NCBI GenBank assembly: GCA_040508335.1
Contig: JBEVMZ010000011.1
Coordinates: 1-54,535, forward strand
Reading direction: 5' to 3'
Length of the DNA: 54,535 nucleotides
Origin: Sphingobium sp.
GTDB taxonomy: Bacteria; Pseudomonadota; Alphaproteobacteria; Sphingomonadales; Sphingomonadaceae
In this document: positions 20,243 through 29,964 of the stretch, piece by piece
Layout: each line of letters begins with the position of its first letter
Numbering within the stretch: position 1 is the stretch's first letter
Made by a program: the position numbers and the translations under genes
The notes under the pieces: model-generated
Database searches by the model: none
What the model was told of the DNA's origin: nothing
What the model saw: only the letters and a program-made list of their open reading frames with translations

Positions 20243-20896
20243 ATGCAGTTCACCATGGCCGACCTGCCGGTGCGGCAGCGGTACAAGATATTGGTGTCGA
20301 CAGTGACGCCCCGCCCGATCGCCTGGGTCACGACGCTGGGAGCCAGCGGCGTGGTCAATGCCGCGCCCTATAGCTTCTTCAATGCGGTGGGCGACGACCC
20401 GCCGCTGGTCGTGCTCGGCCTCCTGAAGGATGGCGCTGGGCAGGACAAGGATACCGCGACGAACATCCTCGACAATGGCGAGTTCGTCGTGAATCTCGTC
20501 ACCGAAGCGGACATGGAGGCAATGAACCTGTCCTGCGCCGATACGCCGCGCGACGTCAGCGAAGTGGAATATGCCGGGATCGCGGTCGAGCCGTCGACCA
20601 TAGTCGCGCCGCCGCGCATCGCCACGTCGCCGGTCAGTTTCGAATGCCGGCTCGCGCGCAAGGTCGAGATCGGTCCGCGCCAGATAATAGTGGTGGGCGA
20701 GGTACTGGTCGCCCATGTCGCCGACGCCTTCGTCGCCGACCGCGACCGTCTACATTTCGATACGCTGGGCATGAAGCTTGTCGGACGGGTCCATGGCCCT
20801 TGCACCTACGTGCGCAACAGCGATCATTTCGACCTGCCGCGCGGCGCGTTCGATCCCGATCGACTGGCGCGGCTGCGCGGGGAAGGCGGGGCATGA
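20243..20896 (+). CDS. Flavin reductase family (FMN-binding split barrel)
   Basis: VTPRPIAWVTT, NAAPYSFFN, KDTATNI, GEFVVN, SPVSFEC. Confidence 0.9.
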   Translation: MQFTMADLPVRQRYKILVSTVTPRPIAWVTTLGASGVVNAAPYSFFNAVGDDPPLVVLGLLKDGAGQDKDTATNILDNGEFVVNLVTEADMEAMNLSCADTPRDVSEVEYAGIAVEPSTIVAPPRIATSPVSFECRLARKVEIGPRQIIVVGEVLVAHVADAFVADRDRLHFDTLGMKLVGRVHGPCTYVRNSDHFDLPRGAFDPDRLARLRGEGGA

Positions 20897-21124
20897 GCGA
20901 AGCATTTCTCGTCACCGCTCTCGCGCCGGGCGCGCGCCGCATCAGCAGCGATCGCGCGACCAAATGCAACGCGCATTGCCCCCCATGATGATCCATCGGC
21001 GGGGTGATCTGCGCTTTTGAATGAAGACCATTTATGGCAATTTGACGATGCACCCAAACGTAGACAAAGCGGTCTGCCAACTAATGTCTATGCAATCGTC
21101 GGTGGCGATCAGGAGATAGAATAG

Positions 21125-21979
21125 ATGAGTACCGTATTTGCCCGGCGACCGATTGCCATAGTCACTGGTGCAGGAGGCGGCATGGGAGCGGCGTGTGCAC
21201 GCATTCTCGGGCGGCGCTATCGCCTGATACTGGCAGAGCTCGGCGCCGAGCCTTTAGCAGCCGTGACGGCAGCGCTGCGGCGCGACGGAACGGAGGTTAT
21301 CGGCGAAGTCGTAGGAGATATTTCTTCGCAGGAAACGCTCATTTCCATCAAAAATTATGCCGAGCAAGCCGGAGGGATCGACGCGCTGGTGCATGCGGCA
21401 GGCATTTCGCCTTCCATGGGGTCATGGGATAAAATTCTGACGGTCAACCTAGTCGCGACCTTGGACTTGCTTCGCATCGTCGAGCCGAACCTGCTGCCAG
21501 GGTCGTCCGCCGTCCTGATCGCATCCCTGGCGGCTCAGACATTTCAGGGATCTCCGCAGATCGATGCGACGCTCAGAAGCTTTACCGGTTCGGATGCCGT
21601 TCTGACATTGGAGCCGCTAGTCCGGTCCGCCGCCGGTGATGATGAAGCCCTGTCCCTCAGCGGAGCCGCCTATGCCCTCAGCAAATATGCGGTGATGCGC
21701 CTGTGCGAGCAGCGTGCGGCGCAGTGGGGTAAATTAGGCGCGAGGATAACCTCTGTCTCGCCCGGGCTGATCGCCACGTCTATGGGGCGTATGGAAGCCA
21801 ACGGCAATCCGTCCGCCGAAGGCTTGGCAGAACAAGCGCCGGCCGGACGCTGGGGAACGGCAAACGACATCGCGGACGCGGTCGAATTTTTAGTGTCGGA
21901 CGCGGCAAGTTTCATCACCGGCTGTGACCTGCGCGTCGATGGCGGACTGGCCGCGAAGCTCAACGGCTATTCTTCGTAG
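21125..21979 (+). CDS. SDR oxidoreductase (3-alpha-HSD/carbonyl reductase-like)
   Basis: TGAGGGMG, HAAGIS, YALSK, ASFITGCDLRVDGG; AGGAG RBS. Confidence 0.9.
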   Translation: MSTVFARRPIAIVTGAGGGMGAACARILGRRYRLILAELGAEPLAAVTAALRRDGTEVIGEVVGDISSQETLISIKNYAEQAGGIDALVHAAGISPSMGSWDKILTVNLVATLDLLRIVEPNLLPGSSAVLIASLAAQTFQGSPQIDATLRSFTGSDAVLTLEPLVRSAAGDDEALSLSGAAYALSKYAVMRLCEQRAAQWGKLGARITSVSPGLIATSMGRMEANGNPSAEGLAEQAPAGRWGTANDIADAVEFLVSDAASFITGCDLRVDGGLAAKLNGYSS

Positions 21980-22120
21980 CAGCTGTCGGCCAAATAGCAG
22001 TCCTGGTTGGCAGAACCGGAATTCAATTTGGCATAGCTTCACGCAGGGGAAGTTGCGAGAAAAGCGGAAGAAACCTCGGGCGCGCGGTCCGCAGGATACA
22101 GACTCAGGAGGAGCGCAGCA

Positions 22121-22864
22121 TTGACCGATGTCGCAAAGCGTGTGGCAGTCATCACCGGCGGTGGCCGCGGATTCGGCAAGGCATTTGGCCATGCGCTCGC
22201 GGGTCAGGGGGTGACGGTCGTTCAGGTCGACCTTGATGCCGCCGCTGCCACGGCCGCTGCAGCGGAGATCGGTCCGTTGGCAGAAGGCGTACAGGGCGAT
22301 GTGTCCGACGAGCAGGCCATGCTCAACCTGATGCAGGACGTGGCCCGGCGCCATGGCGGGATCGACATCCTCATCAACAATGCCGGTATTCACTCGACCG
22401 AAGCGAGCAAGCCCATCGGCGTGCTGGGCACGGCCGCCACCCGCAGGATGTTCGAGGTGAATATCTGGGGCGTAATATACTGCACGCTCGCGGCCCAGCC
22501 GTTCATGGCGGGCAGGGATGGCGCCGCCATCGTCAATATTTCGTCCATGTCGTCCTATGGTTCGGACACCGCCTATGGTGTCTCGAAGCTCGCGGTGAAG
22601 GGACTGACGGCTTCCTTTGCCCATGAGTTGGGACCCAACGGTATTCGCGTCAACGCCATCGCGCCGGGCTTGATGCTGACCGACACGATCCGCGCGGAGC
22701 TGTCACCGGAGATCATGACCCGGGTCAAGGCCATGCAGATCGTCCAGCGCGACGGGGAGGAGGCGGACATCGTGAACGCGATGCTCTGGCTCGTATCGTC
22801 GGGGGCGAGCTTCGTTACCGGCGAGACAATCCGGGTCAGCGGCGGCGTCACCTTGCAGGTGTGA
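22121..22864 (+). CDS. SDR oxidoreductase
   Basis: TTG start after AGGAGG; TGGGRGFG, INNAG, YGVSK. Confidence 0.9.
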   Translation: MTDVAKRVAVITGGGRGFGKAFGHALAGQGVTVVQVDLDAAAATAAAAEIGPLAEGVQGDVSDEQAMLNLMQDVARRHGGIDILINNAGIHSTEASKPIGVLGTAATRRMFEVNIWGVIYCTLAAQPFMAGRDGAAIVNISSMSSYGSDTAYGVSKLAVKGLTASFAHELGPNGIRVNAIAPGLMLTDTIRAELSPEIMTRVKAMQIVQRDGEEADIVNAMLWLVSSGASFVTGETIRVSGGVTLQV

Positions 22865-23208
22865 CGCCGGCCAATCGGCGTGAAGGCGAAGCGATCCGGA
22901 TATTCAGACTGGGGAAGCCTAAAGTTGATGAACTCCGACGTCGCCCTCGTTTAAGCTTTTCGCGAACTTTTTCGCTGCAAGGAAGATCGGCCGCCATTGC
23001 GCCTGCGGCGTCTGGATCACGCGCTACAGCTGTTGAACATCCTCCATGCGGTGAGGGAGACCGGTGCTGGCTGGCCAAACCGACGGTGGACACGACTGCG
23101 CAATTTGCCGAGGTGATAATCGCAGTGTTGGGGATCGCGGCGCGCTGGGACTGGGAACGGATCGCCGAGCACTGCCGCAGGACGTGTCCAGGCAAGGGCA
23201 CGTGGCGT

Positions 23209-23353
23209 CATGCCCATGTGGCTTTCGGTTAGCTGGTCGGCATGCATATCGACGACGCCTTCCGGAAGACGGGCACATTATGCGGAAATGGCGCATCTGC
23301 TCGCTCGTTGTGGTAGCCCGTCCGACTATGTGGTGATGAAACGGATGTTCAAG
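23209..23353 (+). pseudogene. Relic: degraded C-terminus of a flavin reductase family protein
   Basis: HAHVAFG*LVGMHIDDAF, frameshifts, then LLARCGSPSDYVVMKRMFK; compare GEVLVAHVADAF...LVGRVHGPCTYV in the intact gene at 20243. Confidence 0.55.
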
Positions 23354-23356
23354 GGA

Positions 23357-23947
23357 TCAGGCCGGCACGTCATATCCCCCACGCCGCAATAGGCGGATCG
23401 GGTCAGTCTTGCCGTCCCATTCCGCCGCCACCTGTGCCAGATCGGTCAGGACCTTCAGAAATCCGTCGTCCTGCGAAACTACTTCGGTGATGAAACCGAA
23501 ATCCGCATGCGTGTCGAAATAGCCGACCCGCAGCGCGCCAGTGGTTTCCGCGACGAGGGGATAACCCAACGACTCATAATGACGAACGGTCGCGTCATAA
23601 TCGCTGCTGAACGTGCACATATGGTGGAAGCCGCCCTTGCCGGCATCGGGAAAGATGTCGCGATAGACGCTCTCGACGTCGTTGGTCTGCTGGATCAGCT
23701 CGATCTGCACCGGCCCCATCTGCGCCACCGCAAGCTGCATCTCCAGCGCCACCTCGCGCCCCCTATAGCGCACCACGCCGGTGCGCTTGGGCATCACGCT
23801 GAAGGGGCCCGCGCCGAACACCTCGACCCATTTGCGGCAGGCGGCGACCACGTCCGGCACGATCCAGGCAATCTGGAAGAAGCTATATTCGCCAGCGGGC
23901 TGGGGGCCTCCGAAAAATTTGTGCGAGACGGCGGGGCTGGTGCTCAT
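23357..23947 (-). CDS. VOC (glyoxalase / methylmalonyl-CoA epimerase-like) protein
   Basis: FQIAWIVPD, GAGPF, VQIELIQ, GFHHM, GFITE; AAGGA RBS. Confidence 0.85.
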   Translation of the reverse strand: MSTSPAVSHKFFGGPQPAGEYSFFQIAWIVPDVVAACRKWVEVFGAGPFSVMPKRTGVVRYRGREVALEMQLAVAQMGPVQIELIQQTNDVESVYRDIFPDAGKGGFHHMCTFSSDYDATVRHYESLGYPLVAETTGALRVGYFDTHADFGFITEVVSQDDGFLKVLTDLAQVAAEWDGKTDPIRLLRRGGYDVPA

Positions 23948-23957
23948 CGAAATTTCC

Positions 23958-24695
23958 TTATCCGAATATCGTCTCTTCGCGCGTGTAGAAACGCTTGCCG
24001 ACATTGAGGTCAAAGGCGTTGGGCAGGTCGTTGACCTGGTTGGTGCGATGCGGCTCGCTATTGGAAAAGACGGCGTTGGCCGCCTCGTCGGGAAAGCTCA
24101 TCTCGGCCAGTCCGTCGAATTCCGGGCCCGCATCGTAGCTGTCCGTCAACCGATGGTTCTGCGCATAGCGCGTGACGCCGGCCTGGCCGATCAGGAGCGG
24201 GCCGTGGACGCCGCGCCAATGATCGTGAAATCCCGTTGGCCCGATATCGTCCCGGCCCTTCACCAGATAGATGGCGCGCAGCGGAGTCTGGCCGAAATCA
24301 TCCTCGACGCCCAGGCGGAAGCGCTGGACGAGCGGCATGGCGATGATGCGCGCGTTGCCCAGTTGGGGATGCCTGCCATGAACCTCGCCCGCGCGCAGCT
24401 TGACATTGAGTACGAGCGCCGTTGCAGCGTCGGGCACGAACAGATGTGCGATGCCGATACGGCCTCGGCGCAGCAGCACCGGATCATCCGTGGCAACGGC
24501 AAAGCCGCGCACATAACGGGTGACGCCTTCGCTTGCCAGGTCGCCGAAGGGATCGTTCGCCGCCCAGGCAGCGTGGAGCGCGTCCATATCGGCCGAAGAC
24601 GATGTCTCCAGCACCGCAACACAGCGATAGGGGCCTTGAGTTTCAGCCAAGCTCTCTCTCTCTCCTGGCAATTTATCCTTATCTACCGTTCGCAT
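23958..24695 (-). CDS. EthD-domain protein (probable tandem dimeric alpha/beta barrel)
   Basis: FHDHWRGVHGPL...VTRYAQNH...FDGLAEMSF in the C-terminal half; degenerate copy (LHAAW...VTRYVRG...IGIAHL) in the N-terminal half. Confidence 0.75.
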   Translation of the reverse strand: MRTVDKDKLPGERESLAETQGPYRCVAVLETSSSADMDALHAAWAANDPFGDLASEGVTRYVRGFAVATDDPVLLRRGRIGIAHLFVPDAATALVLNVKLRAGEVHGRHPQLGNARIIAMPLVQRFRLGVEDDFGQTPLRAIYLVKGRDDIGPTGFHDHWRGVHGPLLIGQAGVTRYAQNHRLTDSYDAGPEFDGLAEMSFPDEAANAVFSNSEPHRTNQVNDLPNAFDLNVGKRFYTREETIFG

Positions 24696-24991
24696 AAGCC
24701 AGCATCAGGCCGGAATAAAGCGCTGATCTAAACGATTGCCTGATGTCGTTGTGAGACGCTGATGACGGTCCTGATCCCCTCACTACGCTATTTCCCCAGC
24801 CGACTACACCACCCCGTCCGAAACGACGGCCGACGAGGCCAAAGCTATTGGCAAATAGAGTGAAGCCCCCGGTTCGCAGCCATATGCGCTCGCGTTACAC
24901 TGCCGGCCCACAACTTGCGGGATGCGTCCGGTCCGCTAATGAGGTTGCGCGGGCCGACCAACATCGCGTGCAAAGATGCAAAAGGAAATGG

Positions 24992-25759
24992 ATGCCACAG
25001 GATCCCTATTTCCGGGAAGAAAATGGACGGTTCGTTCCACTTGAAGTCGCGCGCGGCTACTGGAGCCGTGACATGCTGCACGGGCGCCCGCTGATCGGGA
25101 TTATCGGGCGCGAACTGGAACGTGTCCATGGCGACCCCGCGTTCATTCCCGCGCGCTTCAACGTCGACCTGCATCGCACGCCCCGCTTCGCGCCGGTCGA
25201 GGTCGAAACCCGATTGCTGCGCTCAGGCGGACGGCTTCGCCTTGCCGAGGCGGTGCTGACGATCGACGGTGAGGAATATGCCCGCGCCACCTGCCAGTTT
25301 CTTCGCGTCGGCGAAGCCCCGCCGGGGCGCATCTGGGCACCCGCGCCCTGGGACGTGCCGTCCCCGCACGCCATTGCACCGCGACCCGACCCCAAAAGAC
25401 GCGGTCTTTCGGAAATGCGCCCGATCGCCGGGCGGATGGGCGCCTATGGCCCGCGACAGGTGTGGACGCGTGAATATTTCGATCTGGTCGAAGGGCAGAC
25501 GATGACGCCTTTTGCCCGCGTCGCGCTGGCCGCCGACTTTGCCAGTCCATGGACGCATATCGGCGATGCCGGCGTTCATTATATGAACACCGACATCGTT
25601 GTGCATCTGCATCGTCTGCCGCGCGGCGAGTGGCTGGGGTTCGAGGTGACCGGCCACGACGCATCGCAAGGTATCGCGGTGGGCCATTGCCGCCTGTATG
25701 ACGCAGACGGCGCCATCGGCTTCATCAGCGCCACCGCGCTTACCAATCAAAGGCGCTGA
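24992..25759 (+). CDS. Thioesterase family protein (TesB-like double hot-dog)
   Basis: ARGYW...LHG, RSGGRLRL, ADFASP, NTDIVVHLHRLPRGEW; AAGGA RBS. Confidence 0.82.
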   Translation: MPQDPYFREENGRFVPLEVARGYWSRDMLHGRPLIGIIGRELERVHGDPAFIPARFNVDLHRTPRFAPVEVETRLLRSGGRLRLAEAVLTIDGEEYARATCQFLRVGEAPPGRIWAPAPWDVPSPHAIAPRPDPKRRGLSEMRPIAGRMGAYGPRQVWTREYFDLVEGQTMTPFARVALAADFASPWTHIGDAGVHYMNTDIVVHLHRLPRGEWLGFEVTGHDASQGIAVGHCRLYDADGAIGFISATALTNQRR

Positions 25760-25766
25760 AAGCAGA

Positions 25767-26804
25767 TCACAGGCTTTTGTAGCGTTCGAAGAGCTGCGGG
25801 TTGCGCTCCAGCCCGGAGAGACGGTGATGCGAATTGGGATAGCGCATCGGACCCTGGCTCGCGCGGTCGAGTGCCGTCATTTCCGCGTCGGTCAGCGACC
25901 ATTGCGCCGCAGCCAGATTGTCCGTCAACTGCGCGTCGGTACGCGCACCGATCAGTACGCTGGTCACGCCCGGACGCCGCAGCAGCCAGTTCAACGCGAC
26001 CTGGCTGGGCGTCGCGTGATGCGCCGCCGCAATCTCGTCCACCGTGTCGAGCAGCCGTTCGCCCAGCGGTGTGTCATAAGTCTTGAGGCGATCGCTCTGC
26101 TCCAGCCGGGTTTCACCCCCGCGCTGGCCGCGAAACTTGCCGGAAAGATAGCCTTGCGCCAGCGGGCTCCAGATCAGCGCGCCAACCCCCTGATCGACGC
26201 CGCAGGGCAGTAATTCCTCTTCCGCGTCGCGAACCATCAGCGAATATTGGATCTGCTGTCCGATGAAGGGCACATAGCCGCGCCGGTCGGCGACGGCCAT
26301 CGCCTTCATCAACTGCCAGCCGGCATAGTTGGAACAGCCCACATAACGGATTTTGCCGGCCGTGACGAGGTCGTCGAGCACGCGCAATGTCTCTTCCAGC
26401 GGTACGCGCGCATCGAAACTATGTACCTGGTAGAGGTCAATCCAATCCGTGCCCAGGCGCCGCAGCGAGGCTTCGCATGCTTCGACCAGGTGGCGCCGCG
26501 ACAAACCGGCGTCATGCGCGTTTTGCCCCATGCGGCCGAACGCCTTGGTCGCGACCACGACCTGCTTGCGGCGATCGCCGAGCGCTTCGCCCAATATCTC
26601 CTCCGACCGGCCGGCGGCATAGATGTCGGCAGTGTCGAACAGGGTCACGCCCGCATCGAGGCATATATCGATCTGCCGCTGCGCCGCCGCGCCATTTGTG
26701 CCGCCGGTCATGGCGAACTGCCCGGTCCCGTCGGAAAAGGTCATGGCGCCAAAGCCCAGCACCGATATTTGAAGGCCGCTGTTGCCGAGAAATCGCTGTT
26801 CCAT
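25767..26804 (-). CDS. Aldo/keto reductase
   Basis: LGFGAMTF, FDTADIY, VATK, DLYQVH, WSPLAQG; start trimmed to MEQRFLG (GAGG RBS). Confidence 0.93.
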   Translation of the reverse strand: MEQRFLGNSGLQISVLGFGAMTFSDGTGQFAMTGGTNGAAAQRQIDICLDAGVTLFDTADIYAAGRSEEILGEALGDRRKQVVVATKAFGRMGQNAHDAGLSRRHLVEACEASLRRLGTDWIDLYQVHSFDARVPLEETLRVLDDLVTAGKIRYVGCSNYAGWQLMKAMAVADRRGYVPFIGQQIQYSLMVRDAEEELLPCGVDQGVGALIWSPLAQGYLSGKFRGQRGGETRLEQSDRLKTYDTPLGERLLDTVDEIAAAHHATPSQVALNWLLRRPGVTSVLIGARTDAQLTDNLAAAQWSLTDAEMTALDRASQGPMRYPNSHHRLSGLERNPQLFERYKSL

Positions 26805-26854
26805 ATTATCCTCTTCCTTTTTTTGCCTTCGCGTTCTTGGGCGGCGCTGTTCCG

Positions 26855-28531
26855 TTAGGCCGATCCGCTGGGCACGGGAAGCGCGTCGTGCAGCCCCGTA
26901 TCGCGGGTTTCGTCGCGCCACCGCACCGATCCATAAGGCCGCTCCAGCAGACGACGCACATGCGGCCGCCGGTCACCGCCGTGAAACGCGATAGCCGCCT
27001 CGATCGTTTGCATCTCTTCATGCGTGTTGCGGTCGCGCAGGCGCAGATAGTCATGCCAGGTCGGACAGTGGAACCGCTCGGTCCATGCCCGGGTATCGGC
27101 AATGTCCCGCGCGATGGACCAGTCATAGGCGCCGTTGCGGTGCCGCAGCTGCTGGACGTTCTGCATCGCGCGATAGAAGGAACGCGCTTGCGCCGGGTCG
27201 ACGCTATATTCGATCTCCACGATGACCGGCCCACTGCGCCCGCTGAGATCCAGCGCGACATCGATCTGATCGTCGAGCAGCACCTCGTCCTTGCCGATCG
27301 CGCTCACGTCCGGAAGGCGCAGGGCGAAACGGAGCGCGGCAGTGCCTGCGATCGCGGCGGCGGACAGCGCAACCGCGCCCGACACCGACAGCAGGTCGGC
27401 GACCTCGCCCCAAAGCCAGCTGCCGATGGCGATGCCGCCGGCGATGGCCGCCTGGAATGCGGCCAACGCCCGACCGGCGACCCAGCGGGGTGCTGCAAGC
27501 TGGATATTGATGTTGAAAAGGGTGATGCTGAGCGTCCAGACCACCCCGCCTGCCAAAAGCGCGGCCAGCGTTAGTGCGAGCGACGAGCTGAACGCGACGA
27601 CGGCGAGGCATGCGCCCAGGATCAGCGCGCATATTCCCGCGCTGCCTTCCGCCCCCATCGCGTCCTTGACCCGCCCGACGCAGACCGCGCCGACCACCGA
27701 TCCCACGCCGACCGCGCCCAGCAGCAGGCCGTAGGTTCGGGCGCCACCATGCAACAGCGTACTGGCGACCAGCGGCATCAGCGCGGAGATCGATCCGCCT
27801 GCGATGCCGAACAGCAGCACCCTGGTCAGCGCGATGCGCATCGGCGGGGAATGCAGGACATAGCGGATGCCCGACACCATCGCCCGCCCGATCCGCTCCG
27901 GCGGCAGGCGCATGGGCGCTATCTTCCGCCGCCAGGTGAAAAGGACGATGAGGATGGGGATGTAGAAGAGCGCATTGACGGTAAAGGCCGCGGCGGCGCC
28001 GGCGGCCGCCACGACGATCCCGCCGATGGCCGGACCGAAACTGCGCGCGATGTTGAAGCTGATCGAGGCGAGCGCGACCGCCTGCGGCAGCGTTTCGGCG
28101 GGGACCTGCTCGGCGACGGATGCCTGCCAGGCGGGGCCGAACAACGCCTGCCCCGTACCGATCAGGAAACAGAAGAGCAGGATCAGTGGCGGCGAGAGCA
28201 GGCCAAGATAGGCGATGCCCGAAAGGCAAGTCGCACTGACGAAGGAGATGGCGAGCGCCGCCATGCCGACCTTGCGCCGATCGAACATGTCGGCGAGCGC
28301 GCCTGCGGCCATGGCGACGAACATGACCGGCATCATCAACGCCGTCTGCACCAGGGCGACGATATTGGGCGCGGCATCGAGCTGAACCATTGCCCAGGCC
28401 GCGCCGACACCCTGGATCAGCAACCCGAAATTGGACAACAGGCTGGCTAGCCAGACGCGGCGAAATACAGGCACACGCAGCGGTGCGGTCAGCGGCACCG
28501 CGTTTCCTTCGGCCGGCGACCGTCCTGACAT
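26855..28531 (-). CDS. MFS transporter (MFS_3 type) with a soluble C-terminal domain
   Basis: GALADMFDRR, PAWQASV, NIARSFGPAIGG; C-terminal GPVIVEIEY...RNGAYDW...WTERFHCPTW domain; start uncertain. Confidence 0.9.
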   Translation of the reverse strand: MSGRSPAEGNAVPLTAPLRVPVFRRVWLASLLSNFGLLIQGVGAAWAMVQLDAAPNIVALVQTALMMPVMFVAMAAGALADMFDRRKVGMAALAISFVSATCLSGIAYLGLLSPPLILLFCFLIGTGQALFGPAWQASVAEQVPAETLPQAVALASISFNIARSFGPAIGGIVVAAAGAAAAFTVNALFYIPILIVLFTWRRKIAPMRLPPERIGRAMVSGIRYVLHSPPMRIALTRVLLFGIAGGSISALMPLVASTLLHGGARTYGLLLGAVGVGSVVGAVCVGRVKDAMGAEGSAGICALILGACLAVVAFSSSLALTLAALLAGGVVWTLSITLFNINIQLAAPRWVAGRALAAFQAAIAGGIAIGSWLWGEVADLLSVSGAVALSAAAIAGTAALRFALRLPDVSAIGKDEVLLDDQIDVALDLSGRSGPVIVEIEYSVDPAQARSFYRAMQNVQQLRHRNGAYDWSIARDIADTRAWTERFHCPTWHDYLRLRDRNTHEEMQTIEAAIAFHGGDRRPHVRRLLERPYGSVRWRDETRDTGLHDALPVPSGSA

Positions 28532-28602
28532 TCCATCCTTCCCCATAAGGAAATTCATGAACGTCGCGTCGGCACTTGCCAACGACTAATTCGACTTACC
28601 GG

Positions 28603-29964
28603 TCAGGAAGCGACGTGAACGGGCACGCCGCCCTGGATCGTTGCGGCGACGGGCGCAAGGTGCGGCTCGGCAAGAATGCGTCCGATCGGTGCTTGCAGCA
28701 CGCAAAGATCGGCCGGCGCTCCGGGCACGATCCGGCGAACCGGCCCGCCTGGCGCATCGGCCGGGGCAAGGTAGAGGGCGAGCGCGCGGGGCGGGGAAAG
28801 CGCCTCGGCAAGGCCCAGCGGATTGCCCCCCTGAGTGCGGCGGACGACAGCCGCACGGATTCCGGCCCACGGATCGGGATCGCCATAAGGCGCGTCGGAA
28901 CTGCCGCCCAGCGGCACCCCGGCCGCGACCAGACTAGCGGCGCGATACAGATCGGGCTGTTCGGCAGGATCGACAAGCGCGCGGTAACGCTCGCCACGTG
29001 TGGCGACGAAGCCAGGCTGCGTGACGACGGTCAGACCGAGCGCGCGCAGCACCGGGATCGCGTCGGCCGGAATGATGCTGCCATGCTCGATCCGGTCGCC
29101 CGGCCTGGCTCCCGCCTCCTCGAACGCCGCCAGCATCATCGCGAGTTCGCCTGCTGTCACGCAATGGGCGGCGACAGCGCGCCCTTGCCGCCGGGCGTCC
29201 GTGATGGCGGCGACGATCGCGTCGAGCGCGGGCAGGCGGTCATCATCCAGCAGAATCTTGACCGGACCTGTCGTATAGTCGGGCGACGGCGGCAGCGGTC
29301 CGCCTGACATCAGCGTCAACCGCAGCGGCAGTCGGGTGCCGACGATCAGCGTGGCTGCGGATGCGTCGGTGCTGACGCTGGCATCGGTCACGCCGGTGAC
29401 GCCCTGCGCAGCGAGCGCGCGGCCGAGCGCCGCAAGGTCCGGCGGGGTCCGGCCGATACGATCGCTCAACCATGGGTCGCAGCGGAAGAAGCGCCCAGTG
29501 GGCGCGCCCAGGGCGTCGCGTTCGGCGCCTTCTGGCCAGTCGGTGGTTCCAAGGGCAGCAAGAGCCGGGCCGTTCAGCATCCACAGCGCCCCGGTCTGGT
29601 GTTGCACCCGGAGCGGCCTGTCGGGAATCAGCGCGTCGAGTGCGCGCGCATCGAGGGGGCCGGCGATGCGCTCATGATAGCCCGTCGCGCGCAGCCATCC
29701 CCGGCCCGGCGGCGCTACGCGCAGTGCGCGGGCGACCGCGTCCCCGTCGGCGCATCGCTCCAGCAGAATCGAGTCCCGCTGCGCGGCGGTGGCCAGCAGA
29801 TGGATATGATGATCGTGCAGCCCGGGCAGCACCGGTCGCCCGCGCGCGTCAAACAATTCTTCGCCGCGCAGGCCGGGACCGATATCGGCGATCCGTCCGC
29901 CCGCCAGCGCGATGTCGACGATGCGCCCATCGAGACGCGCGTTGCGGATAAGCGTCCTATTCAT
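28603..29964 (-). CDS. Amidohydrolase (YtcJ-like, Amidohydro_3)
   Basis: PGLHDHHIH, AAHCV, RIEHG, SSDAP, GAPADL; ATGA overlap with the upstream gene. Confidence 0.88.
   Translation of the reverse strand: MNRTLIRNARLDGRIVDIALAGGRIADIGPGLRGEELFDARGRPVLPGLHDHHIHLLATAAQRDSILLERCADGDAVARALRVAPPGRGWLRATGYHERIAGPLDARALDALIPDRPLRVQHQTGALWMLNGPALAALGTTDWPEGAERDALGAPTGRFFRCDPWLSDRIGRTPPDLAALGRALAAQGVTGVTDASVSTDASAATLIVGTRLPLRLTLMSGGPLPPSPDYTTGPVKILLDDDRLPALDAIVAAITDARRQGRAVAAHCVTAGELAMMLAAFEEAGARPGDRIEHGSIIPADAIPVLRALGLTVVTQPGFVATRGERYRALVDPAEQPDLYRAASLVAAGVPLGGSSDAPYGDPDPWAGIRAAVVRRTQGGNPLGLAEALSPPRALALYLAPADAPGGPVRRIVPGAPADLCVLQAPIGRILAEPHLAPVAATIQGGVPVHVAS

Noticed and set aside
22028-22046. TTGGCATAGCTTCACGCA as a sigma-54 promoter
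   Set aside because: GG-to-GC spacing is 11 rather than the required 10.
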